DNA from: Balanoglossus misakiensis
Taxonomy: Eukaryota > Animalia > Hemichordata
Length of the DNA: 64,000 nt
NCBI GenBank assembly: GCA_040954595.2
Contig: JBECUI020000024.1
Span: 124,001-188,000, forward strand
Direction of reading: 5' to 3'
Positions 60,341 through 64,000 of this stretch are shown piece after piece; the first letter of the stretch is position 1; each line of letters begins with the position of its first letter. The notes under the pieces are model-generated. The model was not told the DNA's origin and did not search any database. It saw only the letters and a program-made list of their open reading frames with translations. The position numbers were made by a program, and so were the translations under genes.

Positions 60341-61226
60341 TGTTATGGAATTGCTATTCCATGTGATTTATTATTTGGCATGTTGTTTTTCTATGGCTTC
60401 ACTGTCGTGGTGGTGTTACCATGGAGACCGTTTTGGGCTGCCTTGTATGATTGACAAGGATAGAAGGGTTTCCCCATCTTGCCCTTGGTGTATCTACACC
60501 AATCAGAAGTGCGTTCTGGGTCACATGTTTAGCCTCGTTTTTAGCCTGCAACCATGTTGTTTTGGAGAGTTTTGGCGTGGATCTGTTGAGGAAGGAACCC
60601 CGGTTTCGGCCCCGTTTAGTCCTGTTTTATCCCTCCCGGATAGCCGGCCCCTGGTCACCGATCGCGAGATCTGAGACGTGTTTACCTCAGCTGCTCAGTG
60701 TGGGCAGATTTCTTCGACGAGACGCTTGCTTTCCGGCGAGTTCCTACCGCCGCGTGTGAAGACAGCGCTGTTTGTGAGAGGCTCGAGCGGGTCCGTCTGC
60801 GCTACCGGTTTTCAATAGGCGGAACGCCTGGGTTTCCGTCACAATTGGTGGCATCTGCGGGATTGTTAGGGCAACTTTGGTTCAGAGACCCCTTTCGAAT
60901 ATTCGCCAAGGTCTGGATCGACTCAGCGGTCAGGTTTGGTCGATGAATGTTGTTGTTGAGAACGGTTGTATTGCTGTGTGCAAAAGAGAGGTCACAGGAG
61001 TTTGTGGCGTGTTTAGCACTCTGGGCACCGTACTCCTTACAGGATCTGTTAACGCAGGTCAGTGCGACACGGTAACCGCAGGCTTTTGTATCGCCTTCTT
61101 TTGCTGTGATTTTGGAGCTATACAGTGTTCATTTTAGGCATTCATCGTCCGAACAGATCTCTGTGTCGACGGTTCGATTTTAGGTGTTCTTTTTACATAG
61201 AAAACATTGTGCCCGGAAATTGCATC

Positions 61227-62569
61227 ATGGCTACTTATACAGGGAATACGAATTTATCGCAGGACAGGGAGGTTGTTTTCAACAGTAGGTTTGATTCTGG
61301 GTATGAGAGAACAGACGTCAATTCTACGGTCATTTCTGATGAAGCCCTGAAAACTCCGCTCGTTTCATCGGGCACAGGGAGAAGGTTAGGCAGGGGTCGT
61401 GGTAGACATCTGAGCGTGTCCTCAGGGGCAGTTAGTCGGAATACTGGGGATGAACGCGATGTCGGTAGACGACTAGATACAATGGAACGATCAGTTTGTG
61501 ATATGGCACAACAACTTCAAACATTTATGCAAACGTTTGGGAAGGGGGGCGAGGTAAATTTAGGTAGTGTCCATAGTACACCTAAGCCAAGCATAGTGGA
61601 CAGCGCCCTCACGCGTCAGGCGGCGGTAACACCTGAAGTGCTGTCATATCCGGGTCAGGACAATTCAGTAACATCATCAATGATGGGAAATATTTCTGGG
61701 GGTTCTCCTGACGGTGTGGGAAGGGATAGTTCCCATGGGAATGGGTTTGTCAGTAATACAGGAACTGGTACTACACAAACAAAATTTCATTTCGTCAAGC
61801 CAGAGGCGTATGATGGTAGTACTGATTTCAGCGAGTTTAAGACTCATTTTGATATTTGTTCTGAACTGAACGGTTGGTCTCCTGATCAGAAGTATAACAT
61901 TCTGATGTCTCGTCTACGGGGCAGGGCATTACGCTTTGTTTCTCACGGGTGTGGCAATGTGAAACGTTATGATGAGCTTTGTGCAATTCTGGGTCAACGG
62001 TTTGGCACTACACACATGCAAGATGTTTACAGACTTTCGGTGAAAACAATTGTATGTGGTAAAAACCAGTCCCTGCGTGAATTGGCTCAGCAAGTCCGTG
62101 AAATAATCATAAAGGCTTACCCTGGTGTCACAGGTTCAATATTGAACGGTTGTGCATTGAGACATTTTTCGAGGCAATCCCTGATATGTCATTGCAGAGA
62201 AAAATACATGAAGCTAGTCAGTTATCTGATGCAACCCTGGACAGTGTCCTGCGGGCGGTTTTGTTAGAAGAAAGCTTTCAAACTTTGCAGAAACATGGCC
62301 GTTCTAGGGGCAAAGTGTCTCAGGCTTTGGATGGTGAAAATAGCCAGTCTACTGTGAGGGTTGATACACAGGAGATGTTTGCAAAAATTATGAAAAGACT
62401 TGACAAGTTGGAAAATAGTTCTAGTGAGACAACAACAGTTGAGAAAAAGCAAAGGCTCTGCTGGAATTGTAACCGTTCTGGTCATTTGAAAAGAGACTGT
62501 CCAGAACCTCAGGTTAAACAGAAAGAGCAGAAGGGTAAAACAGATAAGAGTCAGTTAAACCCCAAATGA
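61227..62569 (+). pseudogene. gag: Gypsy gag (1-nt frameshift at ~62145)
   Basis: KPEAYDGSTDFSEFKTHF...NGWS...LRGRA capsid-like motif; CWNCNRSGHLKRDC knuckle in the second frame. Confidence 0.88.
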
Positions 62570-64000
62570 CTGTCCGTGCTGACCGTCGAGCAGTCCCAGT
62601 AAATCAGTCTGGAGAAGAAGTGTCTCAGACGAGGTCAAAGGTCATTAACAAAAGCAGTGAGCAAACCCGTCTGCACACCAGCACTGCAGTTGTTGAAACT
62701 GATGATGTTGATAGGTGTGCTCCTTGTAAATGTAAAGTGAATGATAACAAGGTGAAGCACATTGAAACAAATAGTAATGATGCAGTCAACAGTATGATGC
62801 TGGATGTGAAATTCCAAGGGGTGCCTAGCAAAATGCTTGTTGACACTGGATGTACACACACATTGATTTCATTTGACTATTTTAATAGTATGCCAGACAA
62901 TGTGCGTCCTCATTTGACTGAAACTGGACTATATATTGTGCAAGCAAATGGTTCAAAACTTGATATAGCAGGCAGCGTTGCTGTGCAGATCGAGATTGGT
63001 TCTGAGAAAATTGACACTTCTGTTCTTGTTGGAAATTATCTCGATGGATCTCCAGGAATCCTGGGTATGGATGTTTTGACTAAATTTGGTTGTAGTCTCA
63101 ATTTACAAAATTGTACAGTTTCTGTGGGCGACCAAGTTTTATCCACAAGTCCTGAAAGGTTGAAACCATTTAGTTGTAGATTACAGGCTGCTTCTCATGA
63201 AATAATTCCAGCTGGTCATGAAGCAATTATTCCAGCCAGAATGGCAAAACAACCTAGAAAAGGTCAGCTAGGTCATGAAAGTCTGAAAGGTCAAAGTTCA
63301 CGGGCATCTCACTGTGAAAGGTCTGCAGCGGATATGCTGTGTTTGTCTGAGTTAGTGGCTACTGTAGAGCCTACAGCCATGTTAAAGGATTTTCCTGAGG
63401 GGATGGGTACAGCGTCTACCCTGGTAAACCCGGGTCAACGGTTATTACCTGTAAGAGTCATTAATTTAGGGATAAAGGACATAGAGGTCAAACGAGGTCA
63501 GGTCGTAGGTTTGTACAGACTGGAGAGAGCAGTTGATTGTAATGTCAGCTCTCCTGTTGACATGAATCAGTGTGACAAATCAGCTGTTGTGCAAAATAGT
63601 GCGCCCTCTAGTGGCAACACTTGTGAAAAGCATGATAACAATGGGAAATCTGTTTCCCGTGGCATTGAGAAATTGCCATCACATTTAGTGGATTTGTATC
63701 ATCGTAGTGTGCAACATCTTGAGTCTGACGAACAAAAGGAACAAGTACAAACGCTGTTGATAAATAATTCTGATGTTTTTAGCAAGAATGCGTATGACTT
63801 GGGTTTGACCGATGTTGTTGAGCACAGGATTGATACACAACAGGCTACCCCAGTGAAAGTGGCACCGTATCGTGCGCCATTTTGGAAAAAGACTGAAATA
63901 GAGAGACAAGTTCAAACATTTGTAGACAAAGGCATGTTAGTCGAGTCAACATCGCCTTGGAGTTCGCCATGTTTGTTGGTCAAGAAAAAGGATTCTACAC
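62554..64000 (+). CDS. pol: Gypsy pol, 5' part (protease and start of RT), -1 frame relative to gag, open to the window end
   Basis: MLVDTGCTHTLIS and ILGMD protease motifs; HRIDT...PYRAP...SPWSSPCLLVKKKD at the RT start. Confidence 0.9.

Larger units (their letters stand above)
60341..64000 (+). mobile_element. Second, unrelated Ty3/Gypsy element, truncated by the window edge
   Basis: Satellite breaks at ...CACTATAT|TGTTATGG. Putative LTR 60341-60843 ends in CA and is followed by PBS-like TGGTGGCATCTGCGGGAT (60846-60863), then gag and pol. Confidence 0.9.

Overview
Eukaryotic, almost certainly animal DNA. The element repertoire suggests a marine invertebrate, but that is inference. There are no host genes. 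The backbone is a head-to-tail macrosatellite of about 1.9-2.5 kb per unit (14 poly-G anchors visible). Each unit has a GC-richer array of ~80-bp monomers, a ~230-bp unique segment, a poly-G tract, and a ~1-kb AT-rich block built from ~330-bp diverged repeats. Nine mobile elements interrupt it: (1) a 6-kb intron-containing Chapaev-type (CMC) DDE transposon whose pseudogenised transposase has a RAG1-like N-terminus (Chapa zinc finger, RING, zinc finger); (2) a Helentron-associated HINE/DINE-1-like element; (3) a 5'-truncated CR1/L2-group LINE nested in it; (4) a full-length BEL/Pao LTR element with TA...CA LTRs; (5) a 2.5-kb non-coding TIR element nested in the BEL element, with mirrored arrays of palindromic 69-mers and a captured LTR-end/PBS/gag fragment of another BEL element; (6, 7) two adjacent MITEs (9-bp TSD and TTAA TSD); (8) a full-length Gypsy with 1376-bp LTRs; (9) a second Gypsy running off the right edge. 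The most notable items are the RAG1-like transposase, the nested TIR element with its PBS cargo, and an apparent 5S rRNA ancestry of the satellite monomer. All alignments were made by eye and no searches were run.
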